Origin: the human T2T-CHM13v2.0 reference genome, Homo sapiens
Strand: one strand, 5' to 3'
Assembly (NCBI RefSeq): GCF_009914755.1
Contig: NC_060935.1
DNA: 64,000 nucleotides
Positions 38,800-52,700 of the stretch are shown here, one piece after another. Below the pieces are notes generated by a model that saw only the letters and a program-made list of their open reading frames with translations, ran no database searches and was not told the DNA's origin. The position numbers were made by a program, and so were the translations under genes. Each line of letters begins with the position of its first letter. The stretch's first letter is position 1.

Positions 38800-40062
38800 T
38801 CTGTCATGTTTTATATAATTCCAATACGGACATTTTTTACACTATATATAATGCCTTAACCACCCCCCCCCAACCAAGTTTTAGTGTGGCTTGTGGGGTT
38901 TCTCAAGTTAGAAACAATTTTAAACAAGTACACTTCTAGATCTCTACAAATCATATGTGACCATGTATCAAACTAATCATAAGAGTCACTCTTTATTGAG
39001 CATTTACTATGTGATTGACACTCAGCATTTAACCAGGCAGGAGGAAAAGCATAATTTCTGCTTCACAGGTAAGAAAGTTGGCATGGAAAGGCTTATTTAT
39101 ACAGTATGTACAGGATTGCTCAGTCAATCTTATTAGTCCACACTCATATATTTACATACTTTTCAGCAGCATCTTTCATGTATAACCCTCCTCAACATCA
39201 TCAACAAACACTTTTGAACACCTACGTTGTGCAGTGCAATGACTTCGTTTTTCAAACACTTAACTGGAAGAAGTCTGTCCATTATTCTGTCAACCCTCTT
39301 AGAGTATATTTACCTTTAATAACAATTCCAGAATGATTAAGAGTCAATAAATATAATTCTGCTTTTTAATGTATAATAAAACAAAATCACATTTGATGAA
39401 TGTTCCTAGGAATACGAAAAAGAAAATAGAATTATATTTAGTCAGGCATATTAATAGAATTATTATTAAAGTCAATGGGATTTCTAATTTGGCAGGGTTT
39501 GATTCAGGAAATAATTAGGTTCTGTATTTGGAATTAAACTGGGCTTCTATTTTTAAAGATTATCTTACCTTAACAATTGGAAGAATAAAGATCTTTACTT
39601 AAATCAGTGAAAAACATGTGTATATAACACCAAGTGTCATGATTGTCAAGTATAGAAAAAGGAAACTAACAATAATTAAGCAACCATTTCATGCTAAGCT
39701 CTTAATTTATTTTTCTTTAGTATAATGTTATGCAATTTAATAACCCAGTAAGGTACATTTTAATACTTTTATTGATAGGTGGCAAATAAAGAGCCTAAGG
39801 AATTTGATCAGGGATGCTTCGCTGGTCAAGGATGGCAGTGGCGTTTGAACTCACAGATATGCGCTTTTAAATTCTCTCATATTACTAACACCTTGTTGCT
39901 TCTTAAACCTTATTTGCCTCTTTTTAAAATTCTCAGACTTCAATATTCCCCTAGTATTCAATATAGCCACCAGCGTATACCTGAGATCCAATAGTTATTA
40001 GCAACTGAAATAGCAAAAGGGTGAGTTATTCGCTTAGAGATTTTCTTCATAACTGAAATTAA

Positions 40063-40116
40063 ATAACAATATTATATACTTGAAATTACATAACAATATT
40101 ATATACTTGAAATTAC
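40063..40116. repeat. Perfect 27-bp tandem duplication
   Basis: ataacaatattatatacttgaaattac, two copies. Confidence 0.95.
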
Positions 40117-40550
40117 AGAACTCCTTTGCAAGCTTGAAAACACACACACGCTCCTCCCCACCCCCACCACACACACACTCTAAGGTTTATTTTCGACAAA
40201 ATAACTAACACAGCATTGATAATGATAACAGAGAGAAGAATAATCCTCTATGGAATATTAAAACTCAGAAATGGCTCTATAGCATATGCAAAATAAGATA
40301 ATAAAATTTCATCACAGTGAGTTTTGGCTCACTTGTAGAAATCAGATGAGATCATGTGAAAATGGACAAGTGTTATAATAAATTTAAGTTAACACTGCTA
40401 TTCTTACCTGAGAGTAGAGAACATTTACAAATTAGGTATAGAAAATTAGGTTATTTCACTTCCGCTCCTGCCCCCACCTCTCATCTGTTATTTATATCTA
40501 TATGTGTCCAATATTAAGACTCTACTAGTGTCTCCTTTGAAACACTTTCA

Positions 40551-40718
<168 letters not shown>

Positions 40719-40751
40719 TCATCATAAGAATGAAATTGAATAATAAAATAA

Positions 40752-41307
<556 letters not shown>

Positions 41308-41949
41308 TTAACATGAGACACCAATAAACTTAAAGGACACTGAAAATCAGAAGGCAAATATTATTTCAAAATTAAATTTAAAAAATTCAGGTGACAGGAC
41401 ATACATTTATTTTTACCAAGTGCTAGATTATATATGGCTACATAGAACTTCAGACATTCAGTTTACTAATATTACCTGTCAACATTGATTATTTGTGTTA
41501 TTAGAAAATTAGATTACACCTAGGAAACTCAAACCCCTCAGAATTATGTATGCAATGATTGAAAATATTTCTTCCACTTTATAGGAAAAAAAAGTAAAGC
41601 AAAATTAAACAAAAACAAATTGGTCTGTTTATTCATTTAAAAAGTAGAAATAAGTTCTAAGTGGAAAATTTTGTTTTATATTTCAGTGTTACATTTCTTG
41701 TTGAACATTTTCATTTTATTTGTAGTTTCATCACACAATTCTTCAATTACCCCTAAAATGCAGTTGTAAAGTGAAAAGTTATATTGTATTCTCTACATTT
41801 AAAACTTTTCAAAATGTCAAAATTTAGATTTTAGAGCCAATTCAATTGCAGTCATTTTCATTGAAATAAACAAATATTGATTACACAATATTTCCCATTC
41901 ATAAACTTTTTAAAACTGTAAACGGCAGTACAACCAACTCTATATGTCC

Positions 41950-44027
41950 TTATAACCTTCTATGGTGGAATGGGTGAAAAAAGCATAAGCTTCCCTCAAA
42001 CCCTTTTTCTAAAGGCACTACTCCCATTCATGAGGGCAGAGTCCTCATGACCGAATCACCTCTCAGAGACCCCACCTCCTAATACTATCACCTGAGGGTT
42101 AGGTTTCAATATATTAATTTTAGGGGGACACAAACATTCAGACCATAGAATTCCATCCTTGGCTCTACAAAATGTATGTTCTTCTTGTATGCAAAATATG
42201 TTTATTCCACCCTGTTAGCTCCCGAAGTCTTACCTTGTTCCTTATTTATATATGTAAATTACCTTATTATATATGAAAAAATATATTATATATGAATAAA
42301 TATATTTATTTATATAAATATATTTATTCCACCCTGTTAGCTCCACAAGTCTACAGTCCAAATTCTCATCTGAATATCAGCTAAATCAGATATGCATGAG
42401 TCTCAAGATATGATTTATTTTGAGGCAAATTGCCTTACAGCTGTGAGCCTCTGAAATCGAGCAAGTTACGTGCTTCTGAAATGCAGTAGTACGACAAGCA
42501 TACAACAGACATTCTATTCCAAAAGGAGGAAATCAGAAGGAAGAAAGGGGTAACTGAAACCAAGTATATATGAAAAAAACTTAAAGGCAGAATGAACAAC
42601 TTGGATTAAAAATCAAAGTACATGAGGGGATGGATTCCTCATTTGCCCTGATGTGATTATTATGCCTTGTATGCCTGTGTCAAAATATCTCATATACCCC
42701 ATAAATACATATACCCACTACATACTCATAAAAATTAAAAATTTAAAAAATAGACAATTAAAAAGAAAACCTACAGGGCAAACAACATTAAACCGTAAGA
42801 CTTGAGAATAATCTTCTTTGGTTCCATGGCCCACCTTCCAGACACAGTGGGGCAAGAGTTGGACCCCTGAAGGTTCCAGCCAGCCTTGCCACTTTGGCTT
42901 TGCTGGAGGCAGTTCATGTAGCAGCTCTGACACATTAAAGTCACATGTCTGTAGCGCTCCTGGGCTAAAATTTCATACTGCATATTAGCTTCTCTAATGT
43001 TCTGGGGTCTCAGGAGCAGTTCTCCCTCTTGAAGCTCCTTAGGGGATTGCTCTAGTGGGTCTGTCTGTAGCAGCCCCCAAACCTGTGGGAGTTCTCTGTT
43101 CGGCTCCATGGCTCTCCAGTGAGTCCTTTGAAATATAGGTGGAGGCAGCCATTTCTTATAATTCATATACTCTCTGCACCAGTGGAGATGGCACCACACA
43201 TACATTACCAAGGTTTACCTCTGGCAGCCCTGGTGAGGTAGACACTGGCCTGGAGTGCACCTTGGCCCAATGGAGTCATACTTGAGTTTTGCCTTTCGTC
43301 ATAGTTTTGTTCCCCAGGCCTTGGCATTCTGGTCCTGGGAAGGGAGTGGCAGCTCCGATGCTCTCCAAAATGCTATTGTGGTCCCTCTTCTATTGTCCTG
43401 ATTAGTAGCATCAGGCTTCCACACAAGCATACTAATCTTTTTATCAAAAGGTTGCTTGGCCACACCCTTGGTGTTCTCTCCTGAACATGCTTTTATTCTT
43501 CACAATATAGCCAGGTTGAGAATATTTCAGATCTCTAAGTTCTAATTCTTTTTTGATTACAAATTTTATCAATTCATTTCTCTTCTTTCTCATTTTACGA
43601 TAAGCAGTCAAGAGAAGACATGCCCCATCTTCAACATTTTGCTTAGATTTTTTTTGGCCAAATATCCTAATTTATCACTCAAGAATTTCTGCTTTCCATA
43701 AAGCAGTAGGATACAAACACAATTCCACCAAGTTCTTTGCCACTTCATAAAAAGGATCACCTTTCCTCCAGTTTCCAATAATATGTTCCTTATTTTTATC
43801 TGAGACCTCATCAAAATGGCCTTTACCATCCATATTTCTATCAACGTCCTATTCACGACCTCTTAGAAAAGCTTTAAGAAGACTGAGGTTTTCTCTATAG
43901 CTCTTCTTTTCTTCTGTACCCTCACCAGAAGCACCTTTAATGCTCCATTCACTTTAAAATTCGTCCAGCCTCTATCCAATACCCAGTTTAACACATTTTG
44001 TTATAGCAACCAAAATGGACTAAGATG
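41950..44027 (-). mobile_element. MaLR (MST/MLT1A-type) partial LTR plus internal sequence
   Basis: LTR part ctcccattcatgagggcagag...ggggacacaaacattcagaccatag (to about 42150), then MaLR-internal motifs (tgaggcaaattgccttacagctgtgagcct, tccagtttccaataatatgttcct...tgagacctcatc). Confidence 0.8.
42620..42768 (+). mobile_element. L1MA-type 3' end nested in the MaLR internal sequence
   Basis: gaggggatggattcctcatttgccctgatgtgattatt...ataccccataaatacatatacccactac followed by an A-rich tail. Confidence 0.8.
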
Positions 44028-44163
44028 CCCCTTAAAGAGCTTTTGTGTCCATTAGACAAGAGTTAGACACCTAACATAGTATCTGGGACTAATATTGTAT
44101 TTAATAAATAATTGAACCTGTGATTTGATCATATCAGGGATTTGCAAATCTCATTTTGTATGT

Positions 44164-45955
44164 GTGTGGTAAAATATATTTAACATAAAATGTATCATTT
44201 TAGCCATTTTAATTATGCAATTGAGTTGCATTAGTTTGCTCATAATGTTGTGTATCTATCTCCACATCTTTTCAGACTTTTTCATCATTCCAAACAGAAA
44301 CCGTGTCCATTAAACAATGACTTCCCAATTTCTTTTTCCCCCAACATTTTGTACCCTCTATTTTACTTTTTGTCTCTGAATTTACCTTCTAGGTTCCTCA
44401 TATAAGTGGAATCATACACACACTAGCTTTTCTTTTGTGACTGCTTATTTCACTTAGTGTAATGTCTTTAAAGATCATCCGTGTCATGGCATGCATCAGA
44501 ATTCTATTCCTATTAAAGGCTGAATAATATTCCATTGTATGTATATACCACATTTTGTTTTTTCATTCATCCAATGAAGGACATTTGTCTTGTATCAACC
44601 TTTTTGCCTATTATGAATAACACTGCTGTGTCCATCGTCATACAAGCATCTGTTTGTGCTTCTGCTTTTAATGAATTGCTGGATAATATGATTATTTTAT
44701 AGTTAATTTTGGGGGGAACTTCCAAACTGTTTCCCATAGTGGCTGTGCCTCTGTAACATTTTGTATTCCCACTATCAACTCACAAGTGTTCTAATTTCTA
44801 TTCCTAATAACACATGTTATATTCTATTTTATTTTATATTATTTTTTAATAATAGCCAAGCTTATGGGTATAAAGTGGGATCTCACTGTGGTTTTGATTT
44901 GCTGTCCCTTAGTGACTAAAGATGCTGAGCAGCTTTTCATATGCTGCTGATTATTTACATATACTCTCTGAAGAAATGTCTGTTCAAGTCCTTTGCCCAT
45001 TCTTTAATTGGGTTGTTTATTTTGTTATTGTTGAGTTATAGGTTCTTTATATATTCTAGATAAAAATTCCTTATGAGATACATAATTGACAAATATTTTC
45101 TCCAATTCTCTGGGTTGTTTTTCACTTTCTTAATGGTATCCTTTGATGCACAGAAGTTTTTAATTTTGATAAAAAACAATTTATCTATTTTTTTTAGTTG
45201 TCTATGCTTTGGGTATCATATCTGAAAAATAATTGACAAACCCAAGGTTATGAAGATAGCTTTATATGTTTTCTTCTAAGAGTTTTATAGTTTTAGCTTT
45301 TTTTTTCTTAAGCATCCTTTTGGTGAAAAAATGTTTTAGCTCTTATGCTTAGGTATTTAATACATTTTTAGTTAATTTTTGCATACGATATAAAGTACAG
45401 GTCCAACTTCATTATCTTCGAAGTGGATATTCAATTTTTTTCAAAACCATTTATTGAAAAGACTGTCCTTTCTCTGAATGGTCTTGGCTAACTTATCAGA
45501 AACAAATTGTGCATATGTGTAAAGTTTATTTCTATGCTGTCTATTGTATATTCTATTCTGTAGGTCTGTACTTAGGACAGTGCCACACTGTTTTTATTAC
45601 TGTAGCCGTGCACTGTTTTAAAACCAGAAAGCATGAGTCTTCCAACTTTATTTTTCTTTTTCAAGATTGTTTTGGCTATTCAAAGCCGCTTGAGATTCCA
45701 TGTGAATTTTTTGATGTATTTTCCAGTTTGCGGGAAAAAAAAATCCGTAGGATTTTGATAAGGATTGTACTCAATCTATAGATTGCTGTGAAAAGCATTA
45801 TCTTCTTAACAATATTTTCTTCCAATCCATGAACACAGATGTCTTCCATTTACTTATGTCACCTTTAATTTCTTTTAGCAATATTTTATAATTTTAGAAA
45901 ATAAGGCTTTCATCTCCTTGGTGAAACTATCCCTACGTATTTTATTCTTTTTGAT
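44164..45955 (-). mobile_element. L1MB-type element, about 1.8 kb of 3' UTR and ORF2 end
   Basis: cctcatataagtggaatcatac, ggctgaataatattccattgtatgtatataccacattttg, aaatgtctgttcaagtcctttgcccat, ttccaatccatgaaca. Confidence 0.9.
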
Positions 45956-46069
45956 TGACTAGCTCTTTTACAAGTCTTTTACTGCTTAAGTAATTTCTCA
46001 AAAGTTTGTTAAATAAAATGTAGAATCTGACATAAATTTCTAAGTTGACAGAATATACTATTAATCAAC

Positions 46070-46465
46070 TTTTACTAGGTTATGCTGCAAGATAAGAAAC
46101 TAAATGTTACAATACCAAGTTTATTTGATACTCACATTTACATCAGATGTGTGTTGCTGCAGGAGTGCTGGGGTCTGTGAGATTTTCAAGCTGTTCCCTA
46201 TTTCTTCTTTCTCTAGCAGTCATGATGAAGGACAAAACTGTTGGGAACATGATGTTCTCTACTATCAGAGGACAGCACCAAGAAGGCAAACAGAAACAAG
46301 CACAATTTTTCTAATCCTTTTCCTAGGGATTAGCCTACTAATTGTACCAAAGTTGTCCATATTTCACGGGTCAAACAAAATAAATCCCATGGCCATGCTA
46401 AAGATCAGTAGGGTAGGAAAACAGGACAGTGAGAAAAAAGCAAACCAATAATTGTGAACAAATAA
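46070..46465 (-). mobile_element. Old MLT1J/K-like LTR
   Basis: ctaggttatgctgc, aagtttattt, cccatggccatgc...gggtaggaaa; diverged. Confidence 0.5.
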
Positions 46466-47429
46466 TAAGTTTCATTGCAGTTATAAGTAAGCAATAATCT
46501 TTCATAGTTATGAAAATTCGTTTTTCCAAGATTTATCACTTGCTGTGTTATCTTGACGCTATCACTAGTCCTGTTTTCTTTCCTTGAGAAACAGAGAACA
46601 AAAATTCTCTTTCCCTCACATGTTCAAATAATTAGAGTGTAATTATAAAATAATTGGAGCAAAGGTGAATAAAAGTCTATCAATTTTCAGCTCATTTTAC
46701 TCACTGAAAAGAATCAAGATTTTTTGTGTTTTAAAATAACAAATATCCATCTAAAAATGCCACAGAAATTAGACAGAAAGGAAACAAAATAAGCTTTGAT
46801 AAAATTTATGACTGATACAATAAAGAGAAAAAGGTTTTTTATAAATTAAGATTTTAATTCATGTGATAATTGTGTTTATTTTTTAATTAGATGGTGTTAG
46901 CTAAATTAAATCACTCATTTGAACAGCTCAGAAATATCAATATGCTATATTAACTTCCTTAAGTATCACAGTTCACTGCAATAATACATTCATATTTTCA
47001 CTCAAATACTCAAGTGGTTGTAGGATTAGCATAATATGCTAATTTTTGTAGCTTATCTAACATATATTTAGCATATTTTGCTCACTGAAGTACACACAGT
47101 GTTGTTTAAATGTTTTCATTTAAGCTTACCTCCTTGCTAAAGGTAACTCCAGGCTCTTATCTAAAATTTGGTCAGGGGAAATGGATTAGATAATTGAGTA
47201 AAGAGATATGAGCAAGACCTTGCCTTTCTCTATCATCCATTTAGTTCACAGAACAAGCAAAGATTCAAAACTATGTTACATTTTAACCATTAATACTGTT
47301 CATAATATCAAAGTATAAAGGTTCGTGAAAAAATTGATTGAAAATTTTAAAAAACTCTCCATTTATTTCATAAGAATAAGATACTTTCATTTGTCGGTAC
47401 GATTAAATCATTGATTATGGTAGTGAAGT

Positions 47430-47730
47430 TGCTGGAGGAGAAATGGAGAAGGAAGATTGGTTGAGCTTCATGACCTTGGCAGGAGTTAAGTGAGCCATGT
47501 AGAAGGTGAGTATTTATACTTTGAGGAATTTCTCCTCCTAAAAGATCCACAGGTGCTGTTGAGGGGTTTGGGGCAGCAGTGGAATGTGGTCAGATTCACG
47601 TCTTAAATAGATCACTCTGGTACCTGAATAAGGATGGCTTTGAAGGGAAAAGATTGGAGATACAGAGACAGTACTATAGAGGCTGTTGCATCTGCTTAGG
47701 TGCAATGGAATAAAAAACCTAATTAAGGAT
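47430..47730 (-). mobile_element. L2 fragment
   Basis: ggtcagattcacgtcttaaatagatcactctgg, ggaggctgttgca-like motifs. Confidence 0.55.
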
Positions 47731-47754
47731 CTAAATTAGACCAACAGGAAAAGG

Positions 47755-48010
47755 CCAAGTGACATGAAAGTTAAGAGCATGCCTGAGTTTGGCTGTCAAA
47801 TTGATCTGGCTTCACTTTGCTCCCTAGCTCTGCTACTTAGTGCTTTGATACTGTACAATATTCTTAATCACTCTAAATCTCAATTCCTTTTCCCATCTTT
47901 AAAATGAGTATGATAACAATACATTTCTCATAGAGTGGCTATATGGATTTGTTGAAAAAGACATACGCATTTAGCATCATGCATAGCATATAATAAATAT
48001 GCCACAAATG
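47755..48010 (+). mobile_element. MIR
   Basis: gttaagagcatg...ctagctctgctacttag...ttcttaatcactctaaatctcaattcc...aaaatgagtatgataa. Confidence 0.65.
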
Positions 48011-49279
48011 AGTTAACATTGTTCAAACAGACAAAATAGAGTCTTTCCAACTTCATACTTTTAGAAAGTGGTATAGCACAAGCCTACATCTAGGCCTCCT
48101 TATTCAAATTTTGTGGACTTTTTACTCTACCATGCTGTTTCATAGAACATGTGGAGAGAAGAGAAAACAATTTTAGAGAGGCTTAGAGCCACTCCAGTAT
48201 TAAAGCTGGGAATATGCTGAATGATCTGGCCAATTCATTTCATTTCATTTCATTTCAAACAGTGTAATAAATGCTCTCTTGGTATAAGAAATTGGTTATT
48301 ATCTGAACTGTAATTCTGATAGTATGTTTCTATATAAACAAGATATAATATGCAGTAACTTTAACTTCTTAAGAACACAGATTGTTTCTCATTCATTTTG
48401 GTATTTCCAGTGCCTAGTTTAGGAACTGAAACGTAACAGTCTCTTAGTAAACATTTAGTGAATGGATATATTATGCTATTTTTGAGACACAGCTCATCAA
48501 ACATAGTATAATTGATTTGAAATAAAAATGGCAGATCAATGAAAATAGCAATGAGATTATGATCAGGGAGTGCAAGCAAGTTTTCTCCTTTACTTTTCTG
48601 GTGATGTGTTATGGATGGTTTTCCTTAGAAATTATTTTCTTTCAGGATCAGCCTAAGGGAAAGAGTATTACAGAAAGTTTTAGCAACAGTGTCATGAACT
48701 TAAAGTTGTCAGAGGAAAGCCCTGAGGCTCCAGCATCCCATCCATCCTCATCACTAACAGATCTTCCTTGTAAAACCCTTTGGAACCTGGCTTCAATACA
48801 AAGTGGAATTACCGAAAGCCTTAATATTGTTGCTGGTTTGCTCACTAATGATTATTTTGTTTCTCTGTTTCATAATGCCTTGCCTGGAAAATCTTTTGCA
48901 AGTGAGTGGCCGGAATTATAATTCTTGTAAGGAAGTGATTTCCACATGTGGTTAACGATTTTGCTACTGCTCTTCTCAACCTTCACACCCCTTCATTCCT
49001 GCCCAACTCATTTGGTTATGGATATTAATCACAATCACAGAACAGGAAATGCTTTATTTTAATGTTTAATAAGTTTACAACTCTCGAAATTGATTCTTGT
49101 AGTATGAATGTTGGTAATCATTACACTTTAATGCCATAGGCATTTCAGAAAAGACTGGGGAAGGAAGGTCTCCACTGATATCAAAGATGAAATAGCAAAT
49201 ATTTTTGCAAAAAGACAAAATGTCCTTTCTTTGACTTTAAAGAAGATTAATAGTTATAATTAAAAATCACCCATCAGTG

Positions 49280-49670
49280 TGTATCGCCAAAGACCCAGCT
49301 GAGTTCAGTGAATACTGCTCACAGGCCAAATTCAACTCTGCATCTTGGTAAATGCTTCTGTGACGTCGCCACAGGGAGTTGGCATCTCTCTACATTGACA
49401 GAAATGAGGCGGTAATTAGAAGTGAGTGACAAGGTGCTTTTCATCTTTGATGAGGAAAGATTTTTTGTGTCAAAATATCTCGCCAGAGGAGTAATTTTCT
49501 CTGTGTGCATTTTTTGTCCTGAACGCATTTTGCATGATAATAGAAAAGGGGAAATTGTTTCTGAATGTTGCTTAGTGACAAATAGCAGATTCGGTGCCTT
49601 TGCAGTTAACAAGTGTCTGAATGCTGTCATATTGTGATATCGACAGATAGGGCTCATCGTAAGCTGGGGA
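49280..49670. promoter_or_regulatory. Candidate conserved non-coding element / distal enhancer
   Basis: Unique sequence with 9 CpGs in about 380 bp; CRE-like, MEIS, homeobox, TCF/LEF and Oct-Sox-like motifs; inferred only. Confidence 0.4.
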
Positions 49671-51007
49671 TATTTATATTGGAAAAATAATTTGTTTTTG
49701 ATAGAATAGAATCAAAGATATTAAAATGTTTTTATGGTATTATGCCTCTAAAGGTTTAAAATGATCTGACAAGATTTAATCACCCAATTCTAAAATACAT
49801 TTTAAGGATTTAATCACCTGAAATTTTTAGCACAGTGAGGAGACAAATAACCAATATAATGTAGTTGCTGTTTTACAGAACCTGCCTTGTCACTCAACAT
49901 AGGGGCTGCTGTCAGTTCAGAACACTTTCAAACAATTCATAATTATGCTGGAAAGTGAAATCCATTGACTGTACTAAATTGGAAAATTTAAAAACAACTA
50001 TTCATGAAATTTAAATGGTTTGAAACAGTTTTTTTTTTAAAGAAACATTAAAAGAAACCTCTGTAATTATAGCTTTGCCTGGCATTAGATTCTATGAATG
50101 TGAAAGGAAAATTCTGCCTTGAAGTTGGAATTGATAATGTTAAGAGAACACAGTGCTTTCTTTCATTATTTATTTTTGTGTGTAGGGAGAGCATTTTATG
50201 GGATGCAATTTAGCATACAGGTCAGATATGATAGCAGGTGGAAAGAATGACAGTGCTTATTTGAAAGAATGAATCTGATACTCATTGTTATCTGAGTAAC
50301 ATTGGCATGGAAAATGTAGTAAGATCAGTAATTTCTAAAGAAGCAATAAGTAACATTATCCAGCTAGCTATAGGAGAAAACTTCAGAGTGTACCTGATCA
50401 CAAGAGAAAGAGGGAGGTAGGATGGGTGGAGAGAGAGAGAAGATTTAATGAATATTGGAATTAAAAGAAGAAATTGAATGAATTAAGAACACCAGTACCT
50501 AGCTATGAATATCATAGGCTGTGACTCATTTGAGGTAATTAGAAGAAATGTGAAGGTTTCAAAGAGTTCATTGCCATAATACTTAGATAACAAATAATGG
50601 ACTTGGCTTTTTGTTAAGCACTTTATTAAGGCTATCCCAATTCCTGAAATTTAATTTTCTGAATACCTCTGTTAAATTAAAGCTAATGATATTCTCTGAC
50701 AGCAGCTTGCAATAGACATTTGGACCTTATCTTTCATCTTTCAAGATCCTATTCTCTAAGAGATTTTGATGAGACTACAATCCTTGAAAAAACTGGAATC
50801 ATAATAATATTGTTGCCCAAATCAGATGGCCACAAAACTAATTAAATTTGTTTTCTTCCCCCCATTTTACTATTCCCATATTCCCCTTTATCAATTCATT
50901 TAGAATAATTGTAAAAATTTAATTTTTATTAGGTTATTCTAGAGTACCCTTGAGTATGCTACTCAGAACTCTCAGACAGAAGATAAAATAAATCCACATT
51001 AGTTTTA

Positions 51008-51214
<207 letters not shown>

Positions 51215-51446
51215 TCACTCAATAGAAGATCATATACTGACAATTATTTCATAAGCTTTATTAAATAAGTTAATAATCAGTGTTTATAACATATTGAACA
51301 CTGTGTAGGTTGAGGACTTTACACATATAATTATCGTAAGACTACAGCATACATACTTCCTGTTGTATTAGTCAGAAAATAAGTGCTTAGAAGGAAAACA
51401 ACTTGTTCTAGTTCCCATGGTTACTAAATTTCTTACATGGGATTTG

Positions 51447-52052
51447 TGTTGCCAAAGCAAATAGTGCACCAGACATAATTAAACAGGCGACGAAGAATTA
51501 TTCAAGGCTATTGCAATAGGGGAGAGAGAGTGAACTCACATCGCTGTAACAAAACGTAAGAGTTTCTAAGCAGTAGGGTGAGTTAGTGCAAAAACACTGG
51601 AGAATGTCAGGGAAGAGGGTGGGGAAGGGAATGTGTTCAGCATGTTAAATTAATCCACAATTGGCAAAAGTTTTTGTCTAAGATTAGGCCATCTGTATTT
51701 TGGCACCCATGGAAGTTAGACCCTTCCCTGCCACAGAGTCTGAGAAAAAGGAATGCTATCCTGCTTGCTGATTATATTTCAAAGACATGATTCCAAGTCC
51801 TCCACAAAGACGTTCACTGGGTCATAAAACTGACAAGAGGCTGGGAGAAGAATTATATATATATAATATATATAATATAACATATAATATATATTATATA
51901 TAATATATATATATATGTATTTCAAAGGAGCAGATAAATAAAGTGCAATTGCAAATTTTCTAAAATATATGCTCTAAAGTAGATATACAGTCAAGAAGGA
52001 ACCTTTGTAACATTTAGTTAAGCTGAAAGTAATGTTAAGGCCATCTTGGTCA
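51447..52052 (-). mobile_element. MER67-like ERV1 LTR inserted into a MIR, with internal (TA)n tract
   Basis: Reverse strand begins TGACCAAGATGGCCTTAACATT...AGCTTAACTAAA; TG...CA termini; TA-rich tract at about 51853-51920. Confidence 0.7.
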
Positions 52053-52429
52053 CAGTCCATGTCTGTCAGACACCTTTGTAGTCACTCTTAACCCTGGCAT
52101 TACACTGAATCCTAATTATACCAGTTTTCCAACAGTAATTGGGAATATTAATTGCTTGTCCATAGAATGGCAGTTTATTTGCTGATAATATGTTCTTCCA
52201 AACTTGATATAATTGTAAGATACTCTCAATGAATATGTATTTGCCTAATATATTATAAATATAAAAATAGATTTAAAAATTTGGATAAATTATCTCAAAA
52301 TACAGTTGAAACATTTGAAATTTGCTTATTAAAATACACCAAAGTAATGGTAGAAAGGAGGTAAAAATTATCCCAGAATCCCATAGTCCTTATTATTTTT
52401 CCATTATCCAAAATAGGTGGAAGTTGATT

Positions 52430-52700
52430 ATTTTATTCAGCAAATATTTATTGAATACTTATATCTGCCAGGCAGTATGCTAGGTGGTAGAAATATATTA
52501 GTAAACAAGAGAATCAATATTTCTTTTGGAATTTACAATCTAGAAAGAAGCAGATATTTACTAGCTAATTTAAAAAAAAATTACACCAGTGAGCTATGCA
52601 ATGAAGAAAAAAGTTAAAACTTCTGTGAGGACAGATAACAGGCCAAAGTTATGTCATTACATAGTGTAGATTTTCCTGAGGATTCATCTGGGACCTAAAT
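52430..52700 (-). mobile_element. L2 3' fragment
   Basis: attcagcaaatatttattgaatacttatatctgccaggcagtatgctagg. Confidence 0.65.

Noticed and set aside
42771-43211. Longest ORF (146 aa)
   Set aside because: Lies within decayed MaLR internal sequence, with no recognisable domain or splice context
49319-49657. 112-aa - strand ORF over the enhancer candidate
   Set aside because: No recognisable homology or flanking splice signals; the motif content fits a non-coding element better
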